A stretch of DNA of 43,859 bases, counting the filler, from Jimgerdemannia flammicorona (Eukaryota): the NCBI GenBank assembly GCA_003990765.1. It is 2 parts of 2 records of this genome, joined end to end, with 100 filler letters (N's around TTAATTAATTAA, not from the genome) between each part and the next. Parts side by side here need not be neighbours in the genome. Positions count along the whole stretch, not along the records: positions 21,981 to 43,859 come from RBNJ01001375.1; 1 more part is not named here. One strand, written 5' to 3'. The notes under the pieces are model-generated. The model made no database searches and was not told where the DNA came from. It saw only the letters and a list, made by a program, of their open reading frames with translations. Every line of letters begins with the position of its first letter. The first letter of the stretch is position 1. Of the stretch, positions 24,901-36,639 are shown one piece after another. A program made the position numbers and the translations under genes.

Positions 24901-26300
24901 TCCCCAACATCTCCACATCCTCACCAGCTATTGGCTGGATGACCTGAGCCTTTCTTTTGGTATTCTTGCTCTCCTTCTATATCTCCAGTATGCTATTATC
25001 ATAGAGTGTCTGATCTCTCTCCTCCTGGTCCCTGCTTATATGCTTCAGTACTCTCTCAACCTCTACTTCTGTCCAGATACTCTCCTTAGCTCTCCCAGTC
25101 TCCTCTTCTAAGCTTGTCTTCTCTTTCTCCTTCTTCTTCAGACTTGCCAACAGCTCCTTCTGCCTCTTATGCCTCTGAGCCCTCTCTCATATATTCTTGT
25201 CTATCTGAATACACTTTTCATTTATTATCTCCAAGTATGTTAAATCCACATATGTCTGTTACATCTTAGCATAGTGCTTCATTACTCCACTTAGCTCCTC
25301 CAGTGCCTCTATCAGATCCTTCTTCTCCTCCACACTCTCTTTCACTCTCATTACCTTACAGATAAATATCCCTCATATCAGTATTGAGAGCCAGTCTCTC
25401 AGCTTTTCTGTAGTCTCTTTCTTAGCTAATCTGAGTCTGACATCTATATCTTCTGTCCTGAGTGAGATCTCTTCTCAGACCTAGAAGCCAATATCAACTA
25501 CCTCACTATACTCTACTATAACTTCCTCCACTCTTCTTCTCATCTTGATCATCATCATTATGGGCACTCCTTTCACTAGTAACTAAACTATCCTAGGATT
25601 TCACCTCAAATAACAAGATATCAAAATCACAATCTCTCTTATAGTTAGCCCTATCTTGATCATCTCCTCTAAGGGAGCAGCCTTCTCAAAGCCCATCTCC
25701 ACTCCTTCAAGTTCATTCAGGAACTTCACTAAGGCTGTTTCAGTCATCTACTTCAAGATCAGCCCTAGAACTATTCTTACCATCACTACTAAGCCCTGGA
25801 AGTACAATATAACTATGAACTCTAAGATGAACTTTTTGAGTAATAGGACTACCACTAGGCCTATTATACTATCAGCTAGGTCTTCTTGCCCTTGTCTTTC
25901 CCCCAATATAGCACTACTATCAACTGTTATATCTTTTTTTTTTTTTTGATCTTTCATCATACTTCTATCAATAGTCACTCTACTGCCCCCAGCTACAGCT
26001 CCTCCAGCCTCTATGCTTACTCTCCCCAGCACTGGGCCTCTAGCCCTCTCTAAGCTAGTCTTGTCTTTCCCCCCAGCTCCACTAGCTCAAGCACTCACTA
26101 GTCATCTACTCTTCTTTACCTTATCAGTAAAACTCAGGGGCCCAAATTCTCTCTCATTTCTACTTGATACTGGTCACTCTCCAGAGCTCTCTCTCTCCTT
26201 TATATCTCCAAAAGAGCCTATCTTCAGTCTATACTCTCTTCTAATATATTGTCAGTCAAAGGCCCCAGGTCTACCTGATTCAGTATGTATGTTGACTTAC
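21981..26300 (-). mobile_element. Decayed L1/Tx1-like non-LTR retrotransposon (RT, 3' UTR, oligo-A; ORF1-like 5' region; endonuclease not recognisable)
   Basis: Minus-strand motifs N*QPIMLLNIDRKL, LVFLDQEKVYD, RGILQRDLLSSILY, VRAFADDI and VRYLGIYL at ~24850-24100. T-run at 21981-21986. Charged coiled-coil-like sequence at ~25000-25560. Confidence 0.85.
22164..22508. mobile_element. 345-bp MITE with hAT-type ends, inserted in the LINE 3' UTR
   Basis: TAGTGCTC...GAGCACTA termini. TSD TTCTATAC / TTCTACAC (7/8). Subterminal TCGAAT motifs and a long internal palindrome. Absent from the sister tail at ~21730-21745. Confidence 0.92.
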
Positions 26301-26868
26301 TTGTTTATTACTATATCCTTAGTAACTTTCTCCAATAAATAATTCAAAAATATATTTCAAAGTTTGTATGATATAAATGTTAGCAGAAAAAGATCAAATC
26401 TCTTTTAGTCTTATATATAGTTATAATATATCATTGTATATTTTTATATAAGTTAATATATTCTAAAAATTAATAGATTTTTATAATTTATTATTTAAAA
26501 TAACAATATATAACTTAGTATTTATATATCTATTAATTTTATATATTAATATTATAGTAACTTATATATTTTTATAATAAATAATCTACTATTAAATTTA
26601 TTATTGAAATTATATAATATTATTTAATTTATATTTTTAGCTTTTTTTATATCTATTTTTATTTATCTAGTAATTTCAAATAATTAATTTTATTTTATTT
26701 AAGAATATAACTTATTTTTAATTATTAATTATTTAGTTTTTATATTTTTATATAAATTTATAATAAGATTTAATATATTATAACAAAAGTATCAACTTTT
26801 TTTATTTTATAAATATTTTTAAACTAGCTTCTTTCAAAGTATAATATACTATAATTATACTTATATAT

Positions 26869-27336
26869 TATGACAGTATAGCCAGATTTGGAAGAAGGAA
26901 ATAGGGAATAGACACTTGATCGTACCCAGTCCCAAAGTAGTATAGCTACATAGTTAGCAGTTCTTGATTTTGCCACTTGCTAAATATTTCGCAAAGTGCA
27001 AGATCGAGCTTCTCAATATAGTATAGTATTTTGCAACTGGCGAAATATTTTGCAAAGTGTTAAATGACTCATAAACTTAGCCACATAACCTAGTAACCAT
27101 CTCATAGCTAGCAAACTTATATAAATAACCCAGTATCTTCGAGTGAATAAACCTCAGATCAAAATAGTTCAAAGCAAAGAGATAGTAAAGGAACTAGTAA
27201 GCCTGTGGGCAGATACACTTTGAACTCACCCACCCTCTCCTGCAACTTCAAGAGACTCTGTGAGGGTCAGAACAGTCAAGTTTTTAAGATATAGAAATCT
27301 GACATACTTTCAAGAGTAAGCATCCACTATATTACA
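26869..27336 (+). repeat. 5' LTR
   Basis: Gap-free alignment to 33081-33548; T(A)TGAC...TTACA. Confidence 0.95.
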
Positions 27337-27392
27337 ACTTGGTGCCCATTGGCTGGTAATTCAAGACGAATCCCTCACTTTCAAGCTGAACA

Positions 27393-30300
27393 ATGAACAG
27401 CTACCCTTATCTGAACAATCATACAAACCGAGCCCCAATACTCAGACAAGATGGATATGAGACCACCAGTATTCTATGGATATACCTCAGATGAATCAAT
27501 TATCACCTTCATTGATGATTTCGAGCAGTATGCCACTGTAAGGACCCTGACAGTAGTACAGCAAGTAGCCCTCATGCCCTTCAGCCTATGAGGTCCTGCC
27601 AGAGCAGCATTCACAGCCACAACCAATGCAGAAAATGATGCTGATACTATACTGACAGTACAGAAGACCTGGCTCCAAAATACATATTATACAGATAAGA
27701 TCAAGCAAGCCCTAAAGGATCAGCTCAATACAACATACCAAGGAATGAGTGAGAATTCAAACACATTCTATATCAGAATTCAATATCAGATAGTCCTTGC
27801 AGATTATGCTGCTGCTATCCGAGATCAAGTAGCTGAAGCAACCTTCATGAAAGGAGTCCATCCAGAAATAGCCATGGCCATCTGTTCATCACCAGTGATT
27901 CTGGATCTGCCACAAAAGGTCACATATGCTCAGTGATACTGGATAGCCAGACACCCACAAGACTATATAATGGAGAGAGTTACAGGAGTCAGAATCAAGG
28001 CACCTAAGTTAACTAGTGTGATCCCCACCATAATGATCAATTGAAACATACCTCAACCCAAAGCTACAGAGCAGCAAAAGAACAGTGACCCTTTGGAGGA
28101 ACTTACCAAGAGGTTTATAGAAATGACTGCCCACTTGAGAGATATAGTAAAGGAGATCAGAGGAAGAGACTGCCACCCTGTCCAGAAGTTTGCCACTATC
28201 TCAGACAAAAAGAAAGGCACCTGCTATACTTGCAGAGAAGAAGGCCACTACTTCTATAAATGCATGAGTGAAACTAAGTGCAAGGCTCAACCAAGCAATG
28301 CTACATAAAACAAAGAGCAGGCCAATATAATTACCTTCGAGGAAATTGGAGATTCTGATGAAGAAGAATAGGAGGCCTATCCTGCTCAGACTACCAAGAA
28401 GGATGTTCACAAGGAACCCTACAAGAGACCACCAGGAAGACCCAAGAAGAACCCAGTAGAAAAGCAGATAGAAATGGCCACTGAAAGCCAAGCTGAAGAG
28501 ATGGACCAAGATATGGAGCTGGAATAAGCAGTTCAAGATATTATCTGAGAAACTACCCCAGCCAGTGAAGGAGAAAAAGAAAAGAAACTTCGCAAGACCA
28601 AGACTTTCAAGTACGATATCTTCAAGGACCTTAGCCAATAAAAGGACAATGCAACCTTTGGTCAGCTCGCAGAAATCCCAACATTCAGATAACAAATGAG
28701 GTTTGGACTTGCCAAAACAACCAAGGAGCAAGGATAGAAGATAACCAAGGCCAATAATGTTCAAGAGGACTCAGGAGAAGCAAGTGAAGACAATCGCAAA
28801 ACCTCTGTCTATGCTACCTGCCAGATCGAGGACTGAGTCTTTGAAGCCATCATCAATATAGGAGCAGGAGGATGTCTCATCACTAAGAAAGCAGTAGACC
28901 ACCTAGGCTGGGAGATAGAAGAAGCCACCAAATTGGTGTTTGTTATAGCTGATGGAATATGAGCAACATCTCTAGGAAAGATCTGGAATGTACCCATCAA
29001 GTTTGGAGAAGCCACTATCCCGGTAGATGTCATTGTCACCAATGCAACTAACTATGATATCCTCATTGGCAATCAATAGCTTCACAAAGCCAAGGCAATG
29101 ATCGATCTCAGTATACAGAAGATGCAAATTATCTACCAGGGAAAGAAGATCAGAATTCCCATCAATGTCCACAAAGGAGTCTGCCTGGAAATGGAGGAAG
29201 AGCAAGAAGAAGAAGCCTACATGGTTACCATGAAGAAAGGAAAAGATAAGCAGTGGACAGAGGAAGAATGGTACAAAAGGATCACAGACAGATATGCCTC
29301 ACTAGGAAGGTGCCCCCATGGTGAAAGAATGTACTGTGCCCAGCACTTGGATACTGCTACTCCTGCATCATTGAAGTGAAAAAGATCTCCAACAAGCCAA
29401 AGAAGAACCAGGAGGAACCAGAAGATGGACCACCAGAGCTATTGAATGACAGCGATGATGAAGAAGACATCACAGTCAAGATATGAAGGATCCACCCTGA
29501 TGCAGTCTTGCTACAGTACAAATCGGAGAATGCAGCAGGAATGGACCTATTTACCACAACACACACAATCCTCGAACCGCAAACCACTACTATGCTGGAA
29601 ACAGAAATCGAAGCAACCATCTTACCAAATCATGTCAGAATCCTCAAGACAAGGAGCAGCTTAGCAAAAAGCAAAATATTTATAGAAGGAGGAGTCATTG
29701 ATTCAGACTATATAGGAGAAATCCTCCTCCTTACCAGGAATCATAATCCAACAATCCCATTTGAAGTAAAGAAGAAGGATCAGTTGGCACAAATGCTCAT
29801 CCTACCTATCCTTAATCCAAGAATCAAGGAAGTTACAAATATCAGACAAACTCAGCGAGGAAGAGCTGGATTCAGCTCTACAGGAAGAGGAGTCCTTGCA
29901 GCAACCAAGATTACAGAATTGGAGCACAAGAAGGAGGAAAACTAAGACAAACACACTTATGTAATCAGAAAGAACTTTTCCCTTAGGAAGGAGTTGCAGA
30001 ACCTCTTGCATATATTTGAAGATGTACTGGCCACAGATTTCAAGGACATCAAGACCAAGAAACCCTTGTACTATCATGATGTCAATACTGGAGATGCGAA
30101 ACCAATCTATCAAAAAGCCCACCCCATTCTGCCAGCATACAGGGAATGGCTTAAGACTGAAATCAAGGAAATGGAGGAATCTGGTATCATTAAGGAAGCC
30201 AGCAGCCCTTGGTTTTCACCTATTGTCCTTGCACTAAAGAAAGGAAGCTGACCAGGAGAATTTGCACCAAGACTCTGCACAGACTATAGAAGACTCAATG

Positions 30301-31406
30301 AGGTCACAGAGAAGGATAGACAACTATTGCCCAACATTGGTGACATTCTTATCATGCTGGGGAATGAATCATGATTTTACACCACTCTGGATCTGTTCTC
30401 AGGATTCTATCAAATTGGCCTTACACCTGAAGCCAGCAAAAGATCAGCCTTCATCACTCCTGATAGAACCTATATCTATCTCCGCATGCCCTTTGGGATG
30501 TGCAATACACCAACAAGCTTCTAGTGAATGAGGAATAGCATCTTCAGAGATGTTATAGAAAAATGGATGATGGTATATGTGGATGATGTGATCATCTTCA
30601 GCCAAACAGCCAAGGAGTACTTGGAACATATCAAGGAAATCCTCAGAAGGCTTCACAAAAATGGCCTCTACATCAAGCCCAAGAAATACAAAATTGGAGA
30701 AGAAGAAATTGCATACCTTGGATACATCATCAACCATGAAGGAATATATACAGATCCCACAAAGATCAAGACAGTAGCAGCATACCCAGTACCTACCAGT
30801 GTCACTGAAGTCCAAGCCTTCATGAGACTAGCATCCTATTACAGGAGATTTATTCGAAGATTCTCCCACATTGCCAGCCCTATCTATGATCTGTTCAGAA
30901 AAGAGGTCAAGTTCCAGTGGACACAACAATAGCAACTAGTCTTTGATGAACTCAAGATCAGGCTGACCCAGGCCTCAATCTTGAGAAGACCTGACTGGAC
31001 ACAAGAATTTATTCTACAGATAGATATCAGTATAATGGGACTTGGAGCTATCCTTGCACAGAAGAAGAATGGCACCAAGTATGTAGTAGCCTATCTCAGC
31101 CAAGGTACTTATGGAGCGGAGCAGTCCTATGAGTCATACAAGCTAGAATGTCTTGCAGTCATCTGGGCTGTAGAGAAGTTCCACTATTACCTGGCAGGAA
31201 GACACTTTACCATCCAGACAGACCACTCAGCACTCACCTGGTTGCTCACCACCAGTGAACCCAAAGGAATCTATGCCCAATGGATCATGAAGCTGCAAGC
31301 ATATAATGCCACAATCACTCACCACCCCAGAAGAACCAATGCCAATACCAATGCCCTCTCATGGACACTCCAAAGGACCCCACCCCCACAAAATCACCAT
31401 GAATAG
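27393..31406 (+). pseudogene. gag-protease-dUTPase-RT-RNase H polyprotein pseudogene
   Basis: Gag RPPVFYG; knuckle CYTCREEGHYFYKC; protease AIINIGAG (decayed DTGA); RT SSPWFSPIV, MPFGMCN, VYVDDVIIF; RNase H LECLAVIWAVEKFHYYL, TDHSAL. Confidence 0.95.
29470..29895 (+). pseudogene. Trimeric dUTPase domain within pol
   Basis: All five motifs are recognisable: AGMDL, RSSLA, GVIDSDYIGEI, LAQMLI, RGRAGFSSTG. Confidence 0.95.
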
Positions 31407-32592
31407 AGAGCTGTACTATGGAATCATCAGCTACCTGGGGCAGCAAAAGATGCCCCCACATCTGGAAGAATAGACAAAAACAATTATTAATTGGACATAG
31501 AAACAATTCAAAACTGATGGAGAAATACTCAAGAAAGGACAACAATTAGTCATTCCTGAGCACTAGAAGAATCAAGTAATGAAAGAAGTATATGAATAAG
31601 ACCACATAAGAGGAACAAATACATATGACAAAGCAAGAAGAACCATGTGGTGGCCTGGAATGAAAGAAGATATCAGACAATTCATCAGAACCTGTGACAA
31701 ATGCCAGAAACAGAAGTAAGACCAATGAAACCAGGCCCCAGGATCAGTATGCATAGAACCAGTACCATTTGCCCACATAGCAATGGATGTAATCGGCCCT
31801 CTACTCTTGACCCTGACTGGTAACTGATATATCATTGTCATTGTAGACCTTTTTATGAAGTGGATAGAAGCAGGACCCCTCAAGGAAGCCAATGCACAGT
31901 CAATCGCTGATTTCTTCCACAAGGAAATTATCTGCCAGTTCAAGACCCCAACACAAGTAACTACAGATAGAGGAACAGAATTCGTAAACCAGCTCTTTGA
32001 GGTTCTCTACAAGAAGTACAAGATACAGCACATTTGGACCATAGCCTATTACCCCCAAGGAAACGGACAAGCAGAAAGGACCAACAAGACCCTCAAGAAT
32101 ATTATTGTCAAGTTCTGTGATAACTATGAAAACTGGGATCACTATCTGCCAATAGCATTATCTGCTCTCTGGGATATCAGATTACAAAGTACCCACTTTA
32201 CTCCCTGGGAGATATTATTCAGAGAAGAAAGTTCTAGTGGAAGTTTATTAGCAAATAATGATACAGTCTGAAAGCATGTGGACACGGAGATACAGAGATT
32301 ACATCAAATTAGGAAAAAGGCAGAGAATTATATAATTAAGGTACAGATACTACAATGGAGCAATGTGGAAAAGATCTACAAGCCCCTGGAGATTATTAAG
32401 ATAGGAGATGAAGTCCTGGTATACCAGAACATGGTAGAAGCTTCTTGGTCATAAAAACTAGAGCCCAAGTGGGAAGGACCTTACCTGGTGCAAGATATAA
32501 AAGGGACCACTTTCTGACTCCAAAAGCCCTTAGACATAATAATCCCCACCACTATTCATCGAAACCAACTCAAGAAATATCATAGTCAGTAA
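31399..32592 (+). pseudogene. Integrase in a separate reading frame
   Basis: MNRELYYGIISYL...WWPGMKEDIRQFIRTCDKCQK...AMDVIGPL...TDRGTEF...GNGQAERTNKTLK...PKWEGPYLV...IHRNQLKKY. Confidence 0.92.
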
Positions 32593-33043
32593 CAAAAGTA
32601 CTGTGATAGTACTCAAGATCACTAGCACTGCCCAAAGAGCCATTGAGAGACAATGGCATACCACTAAGCCTCCGACCATAGAGGAGTCTTATGATAGTAT
32701 CTAAAGTATTGTACAGCCTCATCTCTCTTGAATCTCACACTTCAAGGTCTATCAGCATCAAAACAAATTTCAAGAGTACTTCAAACTTGGCCAAGTACTC
32801 AACCAAGACCTAGAAATGACCAAAGAAAATTGGATCGCAGAATGCCAGCTCTCCTATTCCCAGATCACCATTGCTAAGAGAATCTACAAGCTATTCCGAG
32901 AGGATGAACCAGCACTAGCCCACCTGCAAGGAGTGACTCCCTCAGACTTCGACTGAGTCAGGCGACATCATTGGGAAATAGTAATGCAACAAATTGTACA
33001 GTACAAGACCATACAGACCATTAAAGCCTAGGAGTTTGAATAG
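32582..33043 (+). pseudogene. ~153-aa accessory ORF of unknown function between integrase and PPT
   Basis: One frame with four internal stops, all revertible to CAA/CGA/CAG: ...QEYFKLGQVLNQDLEMTKENWIAECQLSYSQITIAKRIYKLFREDEPALAHLQGVTPSDFD... The start is inferred from ATA (ATG after G>A). Confidence 0.65.
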
Positions 33044-33080
33044 ATACTTCAGAGACGAGATCATCTATTCAGGAGGAAGT

Positions 33081-33548
33081 TGTGATGGTATAGTCAGATT
33101 TGGAAGAAGGAAATAGGGAACAGACACTTGATTGCATCCAGTCTCAAAGTAGTATAGTCACATAGTTAGCAGTCCTTGATTTCGCCACTTGCTAAATATT
33201 TCGCAAAGTGCGAGATCGAGCTTCTCAATATAGTATAGCATTTCGCAACTGGTGAAATATTTTGCAAAGTGTTAAATGACTCATAAACTTAGCCACATAA
33301 CCTAGTAACTATCTCATAGCTAGCAAACTTGTATAAATAACCCAATATCTTTGAGTGAATAAACCTCAGATCGAAATAGTTCAAAGCAAAAAGATAGCAA
33401 AGGAACTAGTAAGTCTGTGGGTAGATATACTTCGAACTCACTCACCCTCTCCTGCAACTTCAAGAGACTCTGCAAGAGTCAGAACAGTTAAGTTTTCAAG
33501 ATACAGAAATCCAACATACTTTCAAGAGTAAGTATCTGCTACATTACA
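33081..33548 (+). repeat. 3' LTR
   Basis: TGTGAT...TTACA, directly after the PPT. Confidence 0.95.
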
Positions 33549-35543
33549 ATATACTAACTTAGCTATTATTTTGAAGAATTTTTATAATTTTTATTATTTT
33601 TAGTTTTACTATTAAATATTTAGTAAATAATTTATAATTTATCTTAAATAGATAACTTATATATAATATTCTTTTAATATAATTATATTATTATATATAA
33701 TACTTATATTAATTTTTTAATTTTTTTTTTTTTTATTAATTACTTATAATTTAACTAATTAATAATATATTATTTACTACTCTTAACAAATTAAATTAAA
33801 TTAAATTAATTGATTTGATTTATTTAAAAATATTAATACTACTATATTCTATATATTATTCTATATATTATACTATATTTAAGATTAATATACAAATATT
33901 TATTTATTTTATATTTAAATTTATAAAATAAAATAAAAATCTTTCAATATTAAAATTATATAAATTAAAAATTATAAAAATAAAAAATTTATAGATAAAT
34001 TTATCTATAAAATAAATTAAGAGATATGTTAATAAATAAAAGAGTAATAATATTTAATAAATTTTACTTTATAAGATTATATTTCTATAAATAATTAATA
34101 TAATAAAATATAATTTATATTTTTCAAAAACTATTATTATTATAAATTAGAGTATTATTTTAATATTACTTTTATCTAGATTATAATAATTTTTTTATTA
34201 ATAATAATATTATTACTATTTTAATATACTATTATCTAAACTTATATATCTCTTAGATAGTATAGAATATATATAATAGTATACATATATTTATAAATAT
34301 AAAGATAATATTATTAAATTCTGATTTATATAATTAATTATTATATAAATTCTGACTAATAGATTAAGTTTATTATATGAATTATATGACTAAAATCTAT
34401 AAATTAGATATATTATCTTTAATTTAATATATTAATTATTTATAATTTATAGTTTGTATTTATTTTATTATTAATATTAAAAATAATTTAAATTATATCT
34501 CTTTATCTATAATATAGACAAATTTGTATAATTTATAGTCAATTATAAAAATATATAAAAAGTATAAAAAAATAAAATAAAATAAATACATTTAAATTTA
34601 CATATTATAAATATAGATTAAGGGATAATAAGCTTTATTCCTATATCTCATCTATATCTATATTATATTTTCTTATTATATAATATCTTAAGATTGTTGT
34701 GAAATCTATATCTCTTTCCAAACTATTGCATAATCTCTTTTACAAATATTCAATTCTCAGATGGAGATTAATTCATATGGAGTCGAATCACGGTTTACGC
34801 CATATCGAATGAAATATTTCAGGTAAATGAATTCGGACGTTTCCGAATTTATCTCTTAGAGCGGCCCAGACAAGGTGATTCCAATGATACCAAAAAAGGT
34901 GACGGGTGGCCGAGAAATTGTGTAAAGCGTTTGTTCTTGAGCTTGTTAGAAACAAGAAATACACAAAGCTAATCTACGATTGATGGAGCATGATTAACAG
35001 GCTAAACGTTACACTGCATAAATGTAGAAAACTCCATACCCAATGTCATGGTCGATAGCCATGAAGTCATCAAATTGCCGTACATCTTTACATGCGTATA
35101 TCAGAGTGTATCCTGAAGTTGGGCTTAGCATTTGGTGTTGTTGGCTGAAAAGGGTTAGAAATGGCGTGTCGTGGTTTTAGCCTTCTCCCACTAGTTCCGG
35201 AGAACATATCCACATCATCTATCGCCATTGTTTAGCATAGGGCAGTGCTATAAAGCCACACCTCGATTTAGTTGTATTGTACGTGTTGTAGGCTCTCTTA
35301 CCACGTGGGATGTGAAACATGACACAAGCAGTTTGATATACTTTAAACGTTTCCTAAGGTGATTTGAACTCCAAATGGTTTGACATACAATGCACAATGA
35401 CAGCGTTTCGTAACTTTGACTGTCGCTTCAAGCCACCACAGTGATTGATCTCGCTCCTATATATTCCCACACCTTTCACTGGGAACCCACACCTCTATCA
35501 CTCACACTTCACTACCACCATCGAACTCACTTGCACTAACACC

Positions 35544-36639
35544 ATGCATATTGCTGCAAAGTACCGTGCCGCCAAAACCGCCCCTCTGCCATGCCTATCC
35601 ACGGCCCCCGCGGCTACCGTGCCCACCAAACCCAGCTCACGCCGCAACTCTCCACGGGCGGACACTCGCAGTCCACACTCCTCTTCGGTGCCGACGATGC
35701 ATATCATCCCGCTCAAAAAGCAAAGCCAGTCCCAACGCAAACGCGCCGTCCTTGCTCCTACTACCCCACGCGTGACGCTCGCAACCCTCCCCACTGAGCT
35801 CCTGGTCGCCATCGCCGAGATCGTCATATCAGGTATCCGTAATTGGGAGGACGTGCGCGCGCTCATGGAGTCGTGCCGCAGGTTGTGCGTGGTGGTGAGG
35901 GACGTCATTGAGAGGGCATACTTGGCAAACGTCCCACAAGAAAGACGGATGGTCGGACACGGGCCAAAGCCCCGGTCGGGGTTGAAAGAGAAGGACGTTA
36001 TGAGGGATGATAAGGTGAAAGGCACGAACATGGTTCATACAGAGCGTAGGCATGGCAAAAAAAGTGATATTGTGAAGGCCAATAGAACCGTCAGTTGGGC
36101 TGAAAAATTTATGGTCAGCGTCCATTTCCCCGTTTTTCATATTTCGTTTAGCTTCTCAGCATGTCATGTCTATTTGCTCAACATAGCACCCTTTTCTAAA
36201 CACCCCTCCCCCCTCACTCTCCCCACATCAGGTAAACGAGCGCACAATGCAGCTCGCCGGCCGATGCTGTTGGGACTGTGGTACCACACAGGTCCACCAC
36301 TTCTCGGACAACCAGATCTACATCCGGCATCATCCGCGGTGCAAGCGTTGCGTCAGCAAGAACGTGCGGACGCACATGGCGTGCGCGAGGTGCAGTCGGT
36401 TGAGACCGTTGGTGCGTTGCCTTTGATATTATTGCTTTTCGACACGAAACGATTCATTGTTGTTGAACGATTGATCAATATATGACATTTCATCGTAGGC
36501 CCGGTTCGCGAAAAAACAGCGCAAGAGCGATCACCCATACTGCATGAAATGTTGGGTCGAAATCTACGGCACCGAGAATATGACCAAGAGTATGCCATGG
36601 ATGCTGGAGGAAGACACTGATCCCGTGGTCGATGACTAA
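35544..36639 (+). CDS. F-box protein with C-terminal tandem Stc1-like zinc fingers (296 aa; exons 35544-36113, 36232-36411, 36499-36639)
   Basis: F-box-like LATLPTELLVAIAE...DVRALMESCRRL. Spliced C-terminus CWDC..HFSDNQ..CKRC / CARCSRLRPLARFAKKQRKSDHPYCMKC. Both introns are GT-AG and preserve the frame. Confidence 0.85.

Larger units (their letters stand above)
26869..33548 (+). mobile_element. Full-length decayed Ty3/gypsy LTR retrotransposon (gag-PR-dUTPase-RT-RH / IN / accessory ORF)
   Basis: Two 468-bp LTRs. PBS-like TGGTGCCCATTG at ~27340. PPT AGGAGGAAG at 33071-33079. Possible TSD ATAT. RT-RH-IN order. Confidence 0.97.
26340..34700. other. Extremely AT-rich tract (26340-26868 and 33549-34700) split by the gypsy insertion
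   Basis: C and G nearly absent; no long ORFs. Probably end-stage mutated repeat (inference). Confidence 0.6.

Noticed and set aside
27337..27362. Assigning the primer tRNA for the gypsy PBS
   Set aside because: TGGTGCCCATTG is PBS-like but cannot be matched without the host tRNA set.
35445..36485. 346-aa single-exon ORF from the ORF track
   Set aside because: It reads through an intron and exits in the wrong frame. The three-exon model gives a coherent zinc-finger C-terminus.
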